A DNA stretch of 64,000 nucleotides, from positions 1-64,000 of the IMG/VR virus record IMGVR_UViG_3300037067_011302. One strand, 5' to 3'. Numbering within the stretch: position 1 is the stretch's first letter; each line of letters opens with the position of its first letter. Both the position numbers and the translations under genes were made by a program. This DNA is from a virus. Lineage: Duplodnaviria; Caudoviricetes. The notes under the pieces are model-generated. The model was not told the origin of the DNA, made no database searches, and worked only from the letters and a program-made list of their open reading frames with translations. Below are positions 26,574 to 35,492 of this stretch, one piece after another.

Positions 26574-27330
26574 CTGATTCAACGATGTCTCTTGCGTAGA
26601 TAGTTCCTCGTTTTGTTGTAACTTGTTCCCAAGGATCATATTCTCGTCCATCAATGATGATTTTATTGTATCTGACACGTATATACGTATTACGCTCTAC
26701 ACATTTGCCCGCCCCCGTCGCACCGATGACGATCGCCAACTCTCCTCCCGCGATGCCACCATTGAAGATTCCCTTCTTGTCGAGCTCAGGCAGGCCCGTC
26801 TGGATGCACTGGCGTTGAAGCTCCGCGAACCTAGACTCGTAGTCGACGAAGAATTCGTGACCAAGCGCAGGGGCGGTGCCGACGCAGACGGCACGTTTTA
26901 TGCTGTCGACGATCTGCTCGTACTTCTCGGCCTGCATCTGATCGACGGCCTCTTCAAGTGCCTTCTTCAGTGCCTGCTTTCTCGCGAAATCAAGTGACCT
27001 CTCCTTGACAAAGGGTAGGTCGCCGAGGTCAGGTGACGTCTTGATGCGTTGAAGAAAGTCAATTATCTGATCCCGTAGGATCACGTCCGTGCCGATCTTC
27101 AATTCGTCCCTAATGATCGTGACGAGGAGGGGCAACGTCGGAAATACCTTGTACTTCTTTGCGTAGTCAAAGTACCTCGTCGCCAAGAACTGTAGGTACT
27201 TCAGATCAAAGTATAGAGGATTGAACACCTCAACCATCTGTTCGGCGTACTGTTTGTCAGCCAACATCGCCTGTAGCACCTTCTCTTGAAAGGCACGACC
27301 GTATTGTCCAAAAGTTGACTCTGGAATCAA
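26560..27330 (-). CDS. dnaB: DnaB/gp41-like helicase, N-piece, ending in a short N-intein (26560-26703)
   Basis: TGLPELD...GG..GGEL..GATGAGK/C, then a stop 47 residues into the intein. Confidence 0.9.
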   Translation of the reverse strand: MIPESTFGQYGRAFQEKVLQAMLADKQYAEQMVEVFNPLYFDLKYLQFLATRYFDYAKKYKVFPTLPLLVTIIRDELKIGTDVILRDQIIDFLQRIKTSPDLGDLPFVKERSLDFARKQALKKALEEAVDQMQAEKYEQIVDSIKRAVCVGTAPALGHEFFVDYESRFAELQRQCIQTGLPELDKKGIFNGGIAGGELAIVIGATGAGKCVERNTYIRVRYNKIIIDGREYDPWEQVTTKRGTIYARDIVESDEIL

Positions 27331-27348
27331 ATCACTCTCCGTTTAATG

Positions 27349-28299
27349 TCAACCGACTTCAATGCAATTGAGCGACTGAAAGAATCCTGCAACGTCGAAG
27401 TCGTTGATTCCTTCCTTCATCAGGCACTTCATCAGTCCCATCCTATCGACCTTCGGCTTAAAGTCGGCCATCACCTGATTCACGTTCATCGCCTGAGAGT
27501 TCGACAGCATGCTTCCGTCTAAGTAGACCAGTCGCCAGTTCTTTCTGACTGTGTCCTGCTCATCGACAACACGTCGATAGATCGGTGACTCGTCGGAATG
27601 CGCGGCGGCGTAATCGATCACGTCCTGCAAAACTAGTTCATCATCCGTGCCGAGCATCGGAAACTTCTTCGCGCACGTCTTGAATCCGATCCCCTTGATT
27701 CCCTTGACGTTGTCAGACACATCGCCACACAGTGCCTTCGCGAGTGCAAAGTTCTTTGACGTGACTCGAAACTCTTCAAGGACCTCTGCGGGACCCACGA
27801 ACGTCTTCTTGTGCATGTTGTACGCGTTCGTTCGTTCGTCGAGAAGTTGAAACATGTCCTTGTCTGACGACATGATCGTCTTTTTGTCCTCGCGCAGAGG
27901 TCCCATGCACAGGTGAGCGATCAAGTCATCCCCTTCACAATCCTGTACGTATAACTGACAGATGGGCACGTTCTTCAATGCCGAGAGCAGTGCCATCATC
28001 TGTCTCTTTCTGTTCTCGTCGGTGTCAGGAATGTCATCCTCATAGAAGCGATTCAACTTCTCAGGACGTCGACCTTTCTTATATTCTGGATCGAGACTCC
28101 TTCGTCTCTGTGAACCACCGCTCTCCCATGCTGCGTACACCGCACGTGGTTGCACCATCGAGACGACACGTTGCATCATCTTGAGAAAACCAACGTACCC
28201 ACCCATCTGCTCGCCGTCAACGTTCATCTGCGGAAATGCGCAATATGCCCTGACGAACACATTCAAACAGTCGACGATCAGTATCGGTCGTTCATTCAT
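27349..28299 (-). CDS. 5'-3' exonuclease / flap endonuclease (T4 RNase H-like)
   Basis: IVDCLN, YKKGR, EGDD, SSDKD..QL, GDVSDNVKGIKGIG.KT. Confidence 0.9.
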   Translation of the reverse strand: MNERPILIVDCLNVFVRAYCAFPQMNVDGEQMGGYVGFLKMMQRVVSMVQPRAVYAAWESGGSQRRRSLDPEYKKGRRPEKLNRFYEDDIPDTDENRKRQMMALLSALKNVPICQLYVQDCEGDDLIAHLCMGPLREDKKTIMSSDKDMFQLLDERTNAYNMHKKTFVGPAEVLEEFRVTSKNFALAKALCGDVSDNVKGIKGIGFKTCAKKFPMLGTDDELVLQDVIDYAAAHSDESPIYRRVVDEQDTVRKNWRLVYLDGSMLSNSQAMNVNQVMADFKPKVDRMGLMKCLMKEGINDFDVAGFFQSLNCIEVG

Positions 28300-28337
28300 G
28301 GCCCAATTCTACGCCATGGTGCTGCCCATGGACAACG

Positions 28338-28772
28338 TCACCGACCCGTTGAACCAAAGCCACCCGAACCACGTGATGTGTCGGTCAGTTCATCGACGAC
28401 CTCAAAGTGTGCACGGACGACCGGAGCAATGATCAACTGTGCAATTCGATCGCCCTTCTTGACCTCATACGCAACGTCTGACGTATTCCACAACAACGCA
28501 CCGACCTCACCCCTGTAATCGCTGTCTATGATGCCGACACAGTTCATGAGCGTGATGCCGTGCTTCATTGCCAGGCCTGACCTGGGCACCAAGCGGCCCT
28601 CGAATCCATCAGGTACCTCCAAGAAGAGACCCGTGCGGACGAGCCGATGGTCCCTTGGTGGCAGGACGATGTCAACGCCTGAACAAACGTCGCACCCTGC
28701 GGCACCAGTCGTTGCGTACTTTGGTGCCTCGGCAGCACCTTCCAATCGACACTTCACCGTGATATCACTCAT
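28338..28772 (-). CDS. dut: Trimeric dUTPase
   Basis: AGCD, PRSGLA, GIIDSDYRGE, RIAQL, RGSGGFGSTG. Start ATG 28772. Confidence 0.95.
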   Translation of the reverse strand: MSDITVKCRLEGAAEAPKYATTGAAGCDVCSGVDIVLPPRDHRLVRTGLFLEVPDGFEGRLVPRSGLAMKHGITLMNCVGIIDSDYRGEVGALLWNTSDVAYEVKKGDRIAQLIIAPVVRAHFEVVDELTDTSRGSGGFGSTGR

Positions 28773-29970
28773 CTGAAGGCTCTTCCTCGCCACTGTCGTG
28801 TTCGTCACCTTCGCTTGTTCCCATTTCACCTGATTTTATTGTCAACGCTTCATCCAACGCCTCCAACAAGAACGGTGCATACTGTTTATCCTTCATGAGC
28901 GTGCCAAACTCCGACTTGTAGAACTTCTTCTCGATCAACACTTCACCCGTCTTGGTGTCAGTGACCTGCAACTCCTTCCACGCACCCGTTCCGGTGACGC
29001 TGACCTGGTGACCGTCCCTGATGACCTCGTGATCTGTACAGTAAGAACGCACTGTGTCGAACAGGAACTCACTCTCATCAATGCCCTTTCCAAAGATGAT
29101 GTCAAACTCACACTTTCTGAATGGAGGGGCGACCTTGTTCTTCTTGATCGTCACGATCACGTGAATGCCGATCACATTTCCTGACGAATCCTTCACCTGA
29201 CAGCCTCCAGAGAGGCGAATGCGTATAGTAGAATGAAATGGTACGCTTTTTCCGCCAGGTGCCACCAACGGATCGCCGTGCATTACGCCGATCATTTCGC
29301 GCAATTGATTGATGATCAAAAACGTGACGTTGTTCTTACCGATGACTCCAGTGATCTTGCGCATCGCCTGAGAGATCACGCGTGCCTTTAGTCCAACCGA
29401 CTTGTCGTCATACTCTCCTTCGATCTCAGCTTTCGGCGACGTAGCAGCGACAGAATCCCAGATGATGAGAATGGGAACGTCCTTCGTAGTCGGAACGTTC
29501 TTCACCTTCGTGATCACCGACTCGATGACCTTGAACACATCCTCGACGACGTGACAATCAACATACACAAAACGATGCCTGACATTTATTCCCATTGCGT
29601 GCAACTTGTCAAGCGGCGTTGCATTCTCCGAATCAATGAGAACGACAATTCCACCCATCTTTTGGACGATGGCCGCGGCGTGATATCCCAAGTGAGACTT
29701 TCCAGACGATGGTTGACCGGTGATTTCAATAATTCGACCTTCAGGATAGCCACCACCGAACGCATTCCTGATCGCGTAGTTCAGTGCAATCGACCCTGTG
29801 TCGAGCCACCTCTTGACGATCGTAGGGGCCGTCATCTCGCTGAGATTATAGCAGCACCTCTCGCCCATCTCCTTGTTGATGTCCTTGATCAACTGAGACG
29901 TGAAATCATCAAGCACGGTCTCATTCTTTGGCGATTGTTCAGTATCTGAATTTTTTGCTTTTTTTGACAT
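28765..29970 (-). CDS. recA: RecA/UvsX recombinase
   Basis: GGYPEGRIIEITGQPSSGKS, IDSE, DSVA, INQLR, PGG, KNKVAPPF. Confidence 0.95.
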   Translation of the reverse strand: MSKKAKNSDTEQSPKNETVLDDFTSQLIKDINKEMGERCCYNLSEMTAPTIVKRWLDTGSIALNYAIRNAFGGGYPEGRIIEITGQPSSGKSHLGYHAAAIVQKMGGIVVLIDSENATPLDKLHAMGINVRHRFVYVDCHVVEDVFKVIESVITKVKNVPTTKDVPILIIWDSVAATSPKAEIEGEYDDKSVGLKARVISQAMRKITGVIGKNNVTFLIINQLREMIGVMHGDPLVAPGGKSVPFHSTIRIRLSGGCQVKDSSGNVIGIHVIVTIKKNKVAPPFRKCEFDIIFGKGIDESEFLFDTVRSYCTDHEVIRDGHQVSVTGTGAWKELQVTDTKTGEVLIEKKFYKSEFGTLMKDKQYAPFLLEALDEALTIKSGEMGTSEGDEHDSGEEEPSDE

Positions 29971-30064
29971 TTGCGCTCCTGTGAACAAAGCTCAAGCCAC
30001 GAAGAGGAAGTCGAATATCATCAATTCGATCACCTCTTCGGAGCGTGAACTCCGAATGCCTACG

Positions 30065-30958
30065 TCACTCGTTCATGAGGTCGGCGAATGCAGCGTCGAG
30101 GTTCGTGTTGGGAACGACTGCGTCATCGTCGCTTCCGGAGACCTTCTTCGACTTCTTCGGTTTTTCAGCGACGGGCTTCTCTGCAACGGGTGCTTCAGCG
30201 ACCTTCTCTACAGGCTTCTTTGCAAGGTCAGCAAACTTCTCAAACTCATCGTCTGCCTTCGTGTCGCCGCCTCTCGACGTACCGTCAGTGGAAGTATCTG
30301 GCACGCCACCCTCGAGCCACGAATTGAGGATCGCCTCAATCTCAGCGGGCTCCTTCAGGCGGAAGACGTCATCCAGGTTTGGCACCGCGTCGAGCCACTT
30401 CTTGATCTGCTCAGGATCATCCGACAACTTGCGAGGACGCCGGGCCGCCTCAACGCTCGTGTCCAAGAACTGCTTTCCTGGCTGTTGCGTAATGGTGACC
30501 TCGATGTCGAATCCATCGATTGGATCCATGATGTCACCGACCTCCTCGTTGAGGTAGTAGCCCAACAGCTTCTGATAGATCAACTTTCCGAACGAGAACA
30601 CCTGAATGCCATCATCCTCGTGTCCTCTGACGAGTACTGCCATGTATGCTCGCATCTTCGGAAGCAACTTCTTTGCGAGAGCCTTGTCATTCGGATCACG
30701 CGTGTTGAACAGCTTGCGGATCAAATTCTGGATGGGATCGGGCTTGCCGAACTGATTTGGCGTCAGAATCCCTCTTTCCTCGCCGATGTAATAAAACCAC
30801 CGTTCAATGAAGGGTTGACCCTCAGGAGCATTCTTCCACGGAATGCCACGTACTTTGTACGTTCCGGGTCCCGGCTTCCAAAACTGAACGTTCGAATTCT
30901 TCCGCTGTCCTGAGAGTTCTGCCACGCGCTTACGAATTGCATCAAGATTGAGTGCCAT
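30065..30958 (-). CDS. Single-stranded DNA-binding protein (gp32-like)
   Basis: FWKP, ERWFYY, GKPDPI, acidic tail DAAFADLMNE; adjacent to recA. Confidence 0.78.
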   Translation of the reverse strand: MALNLDAIRKRVAELSGQRKNSNVQFWKPGPGTYKVRGIPWKNAPEGQPFIERWFYYIGEERGILTPNQFGKPDPIQNLIRKLFNTRDPNDKALAKKLLPKMRAYMAVLVRGHEDDGIQVFSFGKLIYQKLLGYYLNEEVGDIMDPIDGFDIEVTITQQPGKQFLDTSVEAARRPRKLSDDPEQIKKWLDAVPNLDDVFRLKEPAEIEAILNSWLEGGVPDTSTDGTSRGGDTKADDEFEKFADLAKKPVEKVAEAPVAEKPVAEKPKKSKKVSGSDDDAVVPNTNLDAAFADLMNE

Positions 30959-31132
30959 TTTGTTTTCCTATCTCCTCTTTCCTCTGACCGTTTTCCTCTG
31001 ACATGTCACTTATGTGACTTCCTGCTTCATCGACAATTGCTCACATGAGTTCTTGCAAACTCACACTTGTCTTACACCATCTCCACGGGCGTTTTCTGTC
31101 TCCTCGTGTCCCGGGGCGACACAAATTTTCTG

Positions 31133-31223
31133 TGGCATTTGTTCCTTGTTGTGAATGATCGATCCTTAAGATTGCTTGGTTTTCACATTCTAAAAGATGA
31201 TCAATTCATCCAGAACAATGCCA
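31133..31223. other. ~90-nt imperfect inverted repeat
   Basis: tggcatttgttc/gaacaatgcca, tgaa/ttca and tgatc/gatca nested pairings. Confidence 0.5.
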
Positions 31224-31228
31224 AAAGT

Positions 31229-32206
31229 TCATATTATTTTCCTTTCCTGATTGTTTGAACCCACAACGCTCTCTCGCAGTTCATCGAGCGTCATTGCCTT
31301 GAACTGCTTGTCTGTGACTCTGATCAACCTAAACCCTAGTTGTTCAAACGTATTCCGTTGTTTTTCATCGCGTTTAATGGTGCCCAGGATCACTCTGTCT
31401 CGAGGGCACGTTGAACGTTCGATCACTTCGATTGGGCGGTCTAGACCGTGCCAGTAAACGCCGTCGAATTGAACGTACGTGTCAATGTGTCGAACATAAA
31501 TATCGATGCTGTGTGAATCAACCACCACATTTCGTTCAATATTTTCACTCCCAAAGATTGTACAAAGGGCATCATAAAACCCATCTTCAGCACGAGAATG
31601 TGCATACGTTCCATCACGCTTCATCGTCTCATGGCGCTTCTTTGCAGCAGCCGTCCAATCAACAACATGATGAAATTGTGATGATTGCGGAAACCAATCG
31701 ACACCGAACCTATCGACGTTCGTCAACGCACACTTTCGCAGTGCTTCCTCACGTTCAACGTGTGCTGCACGATTCTTTTCCCTGACGCTGGCATCCTTCG
31801 ACGGATGATCAACGCCATAGCGTTCGAGAGACGTCATCATGACTTTATCGCGATGGCCTGGCAACTGCGATGAATTATCAACGTGATTCTCGGCAAGAAA
31901 TCTACTCAATCCGTCCTGCAACAGGCACGGCACACCATGACGTTCAACGTTCGTCGCCTTCTGTTTGTCAATGACATCCTGCGATTGCGTCGGAAAATCG
32001 CACCCTCTGATGCGTCGATTCGTCTCGATGACTTGTGCCAACAACACCCCTGACGCCTGAGATGCATTCGAACACTTCCTTGAACAGAAGTGAAATTTTT
32101 TCAATCTCTTTGCGTAGCGTTTCTCGGTGAATTCTATTCCACACTCATCACAACAACACCTCAGGACATGACGAGTGCCCTCCACGATCACTTCGATTAA
32201 CATCAA
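31229..32206 (-). CDS. Putative homing endonuclease (TNxERxG repeats plus Vsr-like domain)
   Basis: TNVERHGV, TSLERYGV, TNVDRFGV; IDIYV....VQFDGVYWHG...RD. Confidence 0.75.
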   Translation of the reverse strand: MMLIEVIVEGTRHVLRCCCDECGIEFTEKRYAKRLKKFHFCSRKCSNASQASGVLLAQVIETNRRIRGCDFPTQSQDVIDKQKATNVERHGVPCLLQDGLSRFLAENHVDNSSQLPGHRDKVMMTSLERYGVDHPSKDASVREKNRAAHVEREEALRKCALTNVDRFGVDWFPQSSQFHHVVDWTAAAKKRHETMKRDGTYAHSRAEDGFYDALCTIFGSENIERNVVVDSHSIDIYVRHIDTYVQFDGVYWHGLDRPIEVIERSTCPRDRVILGTIKRDEKQRNTFEQLGFRLIRVTDKQFKAMTLDELRESVVGSNNQERKII

Positions 32207-32229
32207 TCGACGAGAAGTTCCTCAAGTCT

Positions 32230-32556
32230 TCAAGGGCACCAGGTGCGTTTCCATGAGGGATGAACTCCGGCCACACGTTCTGCGAGTCCACGATCGTCGT
32301 CAGCGTAAGCAAGCGTTATGACGTCTTTGCAATTGATGTGAAACTGGCGAGCGAGTGCCTCAGTGACATCATCCTCGCTCAACAGGTTGAACGCTTCAAT
32401 CACTCCGAACCTAATTTCAGTCTCATCGAGGTAGGCAATGGCGGCGATGATGCAACCCTTCGCAACGCCTAGACGGCCTGAATTCGCTGCCTCAATTGCC
32501 AAACGACACATCCGCTGGCAACCATCAAACAACTGTTCAAAAGAAAATCTACTCAT
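32230..32556 (-). CDS. Hypothetical protein
   Basis: ATGA overlap with the upstream gene. Confidence 0.55.
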   Translation of the reverse strand: MSRFSFEQLFDGCQRMCRLAIEAANSGRLGVAKGCIIAAIAYLDETEIRFGVIEAFNLLSEDDVTEALARQFHINCKDVITLAYADDDRGLAERVAGVHPSWKRTWCP

Positions 32557-32756
32557 TTCGGGTTCTTCTTGTAAGGCTTTGATGCCTTCTTCATTCCTTT
32601 ATCGTCACGTTTGCCGGCTCCGAGCGGCGCGGTGTAACCAACGATGCATGCCGTCGTTGAGAATTCGTCCAGTTGATCCTCCTCCTCGTCCTCGAGCACT
32701 ACCTCGTCGATCGCTTCTTCGATCACTTTCCTCAGCTCACGCAAACTGATCTTCAT
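32553..32756 (-). CDS. Small protein with leader motif
   Basis: MKISLRELRKVIEEAI; TACTTA 5 nt before ATG. Confidence 0.7.
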   Translation of the reverse strand: MKISLRELRKVIEEAIDEVVLEDEEEDQLDEFSTTACIVGYTAPLGAGKRDDKGMKKASKPYKKNPK

Positions 32757-32760
32757 GAGG

Positions 32761-33306
32761 TTAAGTAGTCACCCGCGACCGCCTGACGCTGTCCTGCACG
32801 AGGAAACACAACGTCCAGAAGTAAAATTTATCTGACACGGACGCCGAAAACTGCGTGCAACCCTTCTCGTACGTCGGAAGAACCCAATTCCTGTTAAACC
32901 CCTCAAATCCGTAGTCAACCTTGCCGTCCCAATCGAACGTCAATGGTCTCTTGCTGACAAACGTCGCACAATAGTCGTAGAAGTTATGTCGAATGAGCAC
33001 CACGAGATCACCCTCACACGCGCGGTACTTGACGACAGGGAGCAGGATGTCCTTGCTCGTGTGTTCTCCGACGACGACGACCGCCGGATCGTCTCTCTCG
33101 TAGTCAGCCTGTGGTTCACCATCATCGCTACGATAGAGACGACTGTTCCCGATCAACAGGCAACCGACGGTGTGATACAAAAATTCGTGTTGAATGATTG
33201 CATCATCGAGCCATTCAGCATCCTTATCAATCTTGTGATCCCGTTGCCACAGGACCATCGATTTGCCGTTGAGAGCGTAAAAACGTTTGAATATATCGTC
33301 CATCAC
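32761..33306 (-). CDS. Hypothetical protein
   Basis: 181-aa ORF in the operon; HTSKDILLPV. Confidence 0.65.
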   Translation of the reverse strand: MMDDIFKRFYALNGKSMVLWQRDHKIDKDAEWLDDAIIQHEFLYHTVGCLLIGNSRLYRSDDGEPQADYERDDPAVVVVGEHTSKDILLPVVKYRACEGDLVVLIRHNFYDYCATFVSKRPLTFDWDGKVDYGFEGFNRNWVLPTYEKGCTQFSASVSDKFYFWTLCFLVQDSVRRSRVTT

Positions 33307-33608
33307 TTCCCAGATCTATCAGAAACCACAGTTCCAGTTGGCAACGACGAAGAATCTACGCTTGGAATGTCATCAACGTTCCTTGCTTTAATCCTGTAAG
33401 GTCCGCCACACTCGGGTGCCGTCGTCACTGTCACATCCACCCAGGGCTTCAAGCTCGGTGTCATCTGTTCAATGAACTTCTTGAGATCACTAACCTGTTT
33501 TTCGAGCTCAACAATCTTCTGCTCGACCGTCGCGGTCCGACCCTCGAGCATCACAACGTGATCCCGCGTCCACTCAGTGATTCCAACTCCAGTTGCCGTG
33601 TTGCTCAC
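33303..33608 (-). CDS. Hypothetical coiled-coil protein
   Basis: Overlaps both neighbours by 4 nt. Confidence 0.55.
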   Translation of the reverse strand: MSNTATGVGITEWTRDHVVMLEGRTATVEQKIVELEKQVSDLKKFIEQMTPSLKPWVDVTVTTAPECGGPYRIKARNVDDIPSVDSSSLPTGTVVSDRSGK

Positions 33609-34222
33609 CCTTCACGCCTCTCCCATTCCTTCTCTTGGATTGTTGCAGAATAATCGGCCGTCATGACCACGTGTGCTAGGACGGGTTCCTTCATGCAGTA
33701 CGGTTTGTTCTCGTTCAAGACGAATCCGTCGTGAATGCAGATCGTGACCCACTCCTCGTAAGACAGAGGAATTCCGTACTTCTGCATCAACCACAGGCTC
33801 CTCTGTGCGACTGGCATGTAGGGAACTTTCTCGTTGTGCTTGTACATCTCGCCGCACTTTTCACGGTGCCAGGAACTGTCCTGCGGAACGTACACGTCAA
33901 CGAACTCTCCTCCGACGACGTGAACGCACTTTCCGATGTCGTGGAACAGTGCACTGACGATCAGAGATTCCAACGACACGTTCCACGAGCACGCCTTGCT
34001 GATGTTGACGGCGTTCCTCAACACGCGCAATGAATGATCGACGAGGCCACCCGGCGTTGCAAGGTGATATTCCACTCTTGCGGAAGCAGGAGCGAGTGCC
34101 AACCTCTCTCCGAGGATGTCAACGAATTGAACTGCCGCCGGGCTCCTTTCGCCGAGCTTTTCGCACTGTGCTCTAAACTTGTTGTAATTCTCTTCGATCT
34201 TTTCCGCTGTGAACTCTATCAT
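33605..34222 (-). CDS. HD-domain phosphohydrolase
   Basis: APAS...H...GGLVDHSL, LFHDIGK, IHDG, TAD. Confidence 0.88.
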   Translation of the reverse strand: MIEFTAEKIEENYNKFRAQCEKLGERSPAAVQFVDILGERLALAPASARVEYHLATPGGLVDHSLRVLRNAVNISKACSWNVSLESLIVSALFHDIGKCVHVVGGEFVDVYVPQDSSWHREKCGEMYKHNEKVPYMPVAQRSLWLMQKYGIPLSYEEWVTICIHDGFVLNENKPYCMKEPVLAHVVMTADYSATIQEKEWERREG

Positions 34223-34243
34223 GGTTACACCATACACCAAAAT

Positions 34244-35452
34244 TCAACACAGGACATCGCACCTAACCGTAAATTTCTGCACGTAACCTGGAACCTTTAT
34301 TCTAGAAATTTCCTGAAGCTTTTGCAGCTCGCCAGGCGCACAGTCGACGAACAATGCATCGTGAAGCAAGAAGATGGGGTTTGAGTTCGGCGCAACGATT
34401 GCCATCATGTCAAGCACGTTCTTGTACCCGTGCATGACGACGTCTGCGGCCGAAGATTGTGCATAGTAGTTGATGAAGATGCGATCAAGTGGATCAGAAA
34501 CGACGATCGGTCTACCGTAGCGATTCAGGATTCGGCCGCTCTTCAGGAACTGTGTCTTGATTCGTTTCAACAATTTATCAACGTCAAAGAACGCCGCGAC
34601 CTTTTCAATGAACCCATCGACGTCGTCTATCACGCCGAACAACTTTTCCCTCAGCGCCTCCCTCGATTGCCCATAGATCCTAGCGAGGACGGCTTGCTTT
34701 ACTGCCGCGCGAGGAGCACCTCCGACCTCACGTGCAATGTGCTCGTACACGTCGCCGTCTATCCGCTTGCCTGCCTCGTATAGTAGGACGCTCGGTTCCA
34801 ACGCGTGAAAGTCATACATCACTATGTTCCCACCGACGCGTGATGGAGCGATGATCGACCTGTGCTCGTGCTTGAGCGTCAGGATGCTCGGACCCGACTC
34901 GACGCTCAACCTTCCGGTGCACGTGCCAAAACGATTGTACGTGATTGACCTTGCACGTGACCCATTGATAGGAACGAACGATTGTAACGCCGGAACGTTC
35001 CCCTCACCGGACGCCAAGATCGACCTTAACCGAGGTACATTGATCGTGGAAGGTTGGAGGGAACGCAAGACGGCATTTCCGTTCACCCAGGTCCTCTCCA
35101 GATACGTCCTTGGGCCCTTGGACAGGGTATCATTGGCCTGTGATAGGAGGCCCTCCACGAAGGTTCTGTGAACCCTCGTGGGCAATACCTTGTGCCACGG
35201 AATTGTCGTCGGTGATCCATTCTTGAATGCATGTGCGACTGACGCAACGAATTGCTTCGGTGGTAGGACGTTGAGCTCAATTCCACCCAACCTCGCCAAC
35301 GTATCGAGGCAGTGATCGTCACAGTATTTCACTGTGCCGGTCATGTACCACGAATTGGGAGGACGTTCGTCAACGAACGAATACGTTCCGTTCAGCGTGG
35401 CAAGGTGCTTGCCGGTGCCGAGCAGAGACGAATCAATGCAAATCAGGTCCAC
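34244..35452 (-). CDS. Family A DNA polymerase domain protein (short, no exonuclease)
   Basis: TGRLS, YDFHALE (motif A), RAAVK...IYG (B), NYYAQSSAAD, LHDA (C). Confidence 0.8.
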   Translation of the reverse strand: MDLICIDSSLLGTGKHLATLNGTYSFVDERPPNSWYMTGTVKYCDDHCLDTLARLGGIELNVLPPKQFVASVAHAFKNGSPTTIPWHKVLPTRVHRTFVEGLLSQANDTLSKGPRTYLERTWVNGNAVLRSLQPSTINVPRLRSILASGEGNVPALQSFVPINGSRARSITYNRFGTCTGRLSVESGPSILTLKHEHRSIIAPSRVGGNIVMYDFHALEPSVLLYEAGKRIDGDVYEHIAREVGGAPRAAVKQAVLARIYGQSREALREKLFGVIDDVDGFIEKVAAFFDVDKLLKRIKTQFLKSGRILNRYGRPIVVSDPLDRIFINYYAQSSAADVVMHGYKNVLDMMAIVAPNSNPIFLLHDALFVDCAPGELQKLQEISRIKVPGYVQKFTVRCDVLC

Positions 35453-35492
35453 TGCACGTCAACATACGACACGGACATTCAAGCGTTCACCA

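Noticed and set aside
29900-30913. Long antisense ORFs (e.g. 29900-30913, 48295-49122, 24057-24746, 53958-54614)
   Set aside because: They are shadows of well-supported minus-strand genes, with no motifs of their own.
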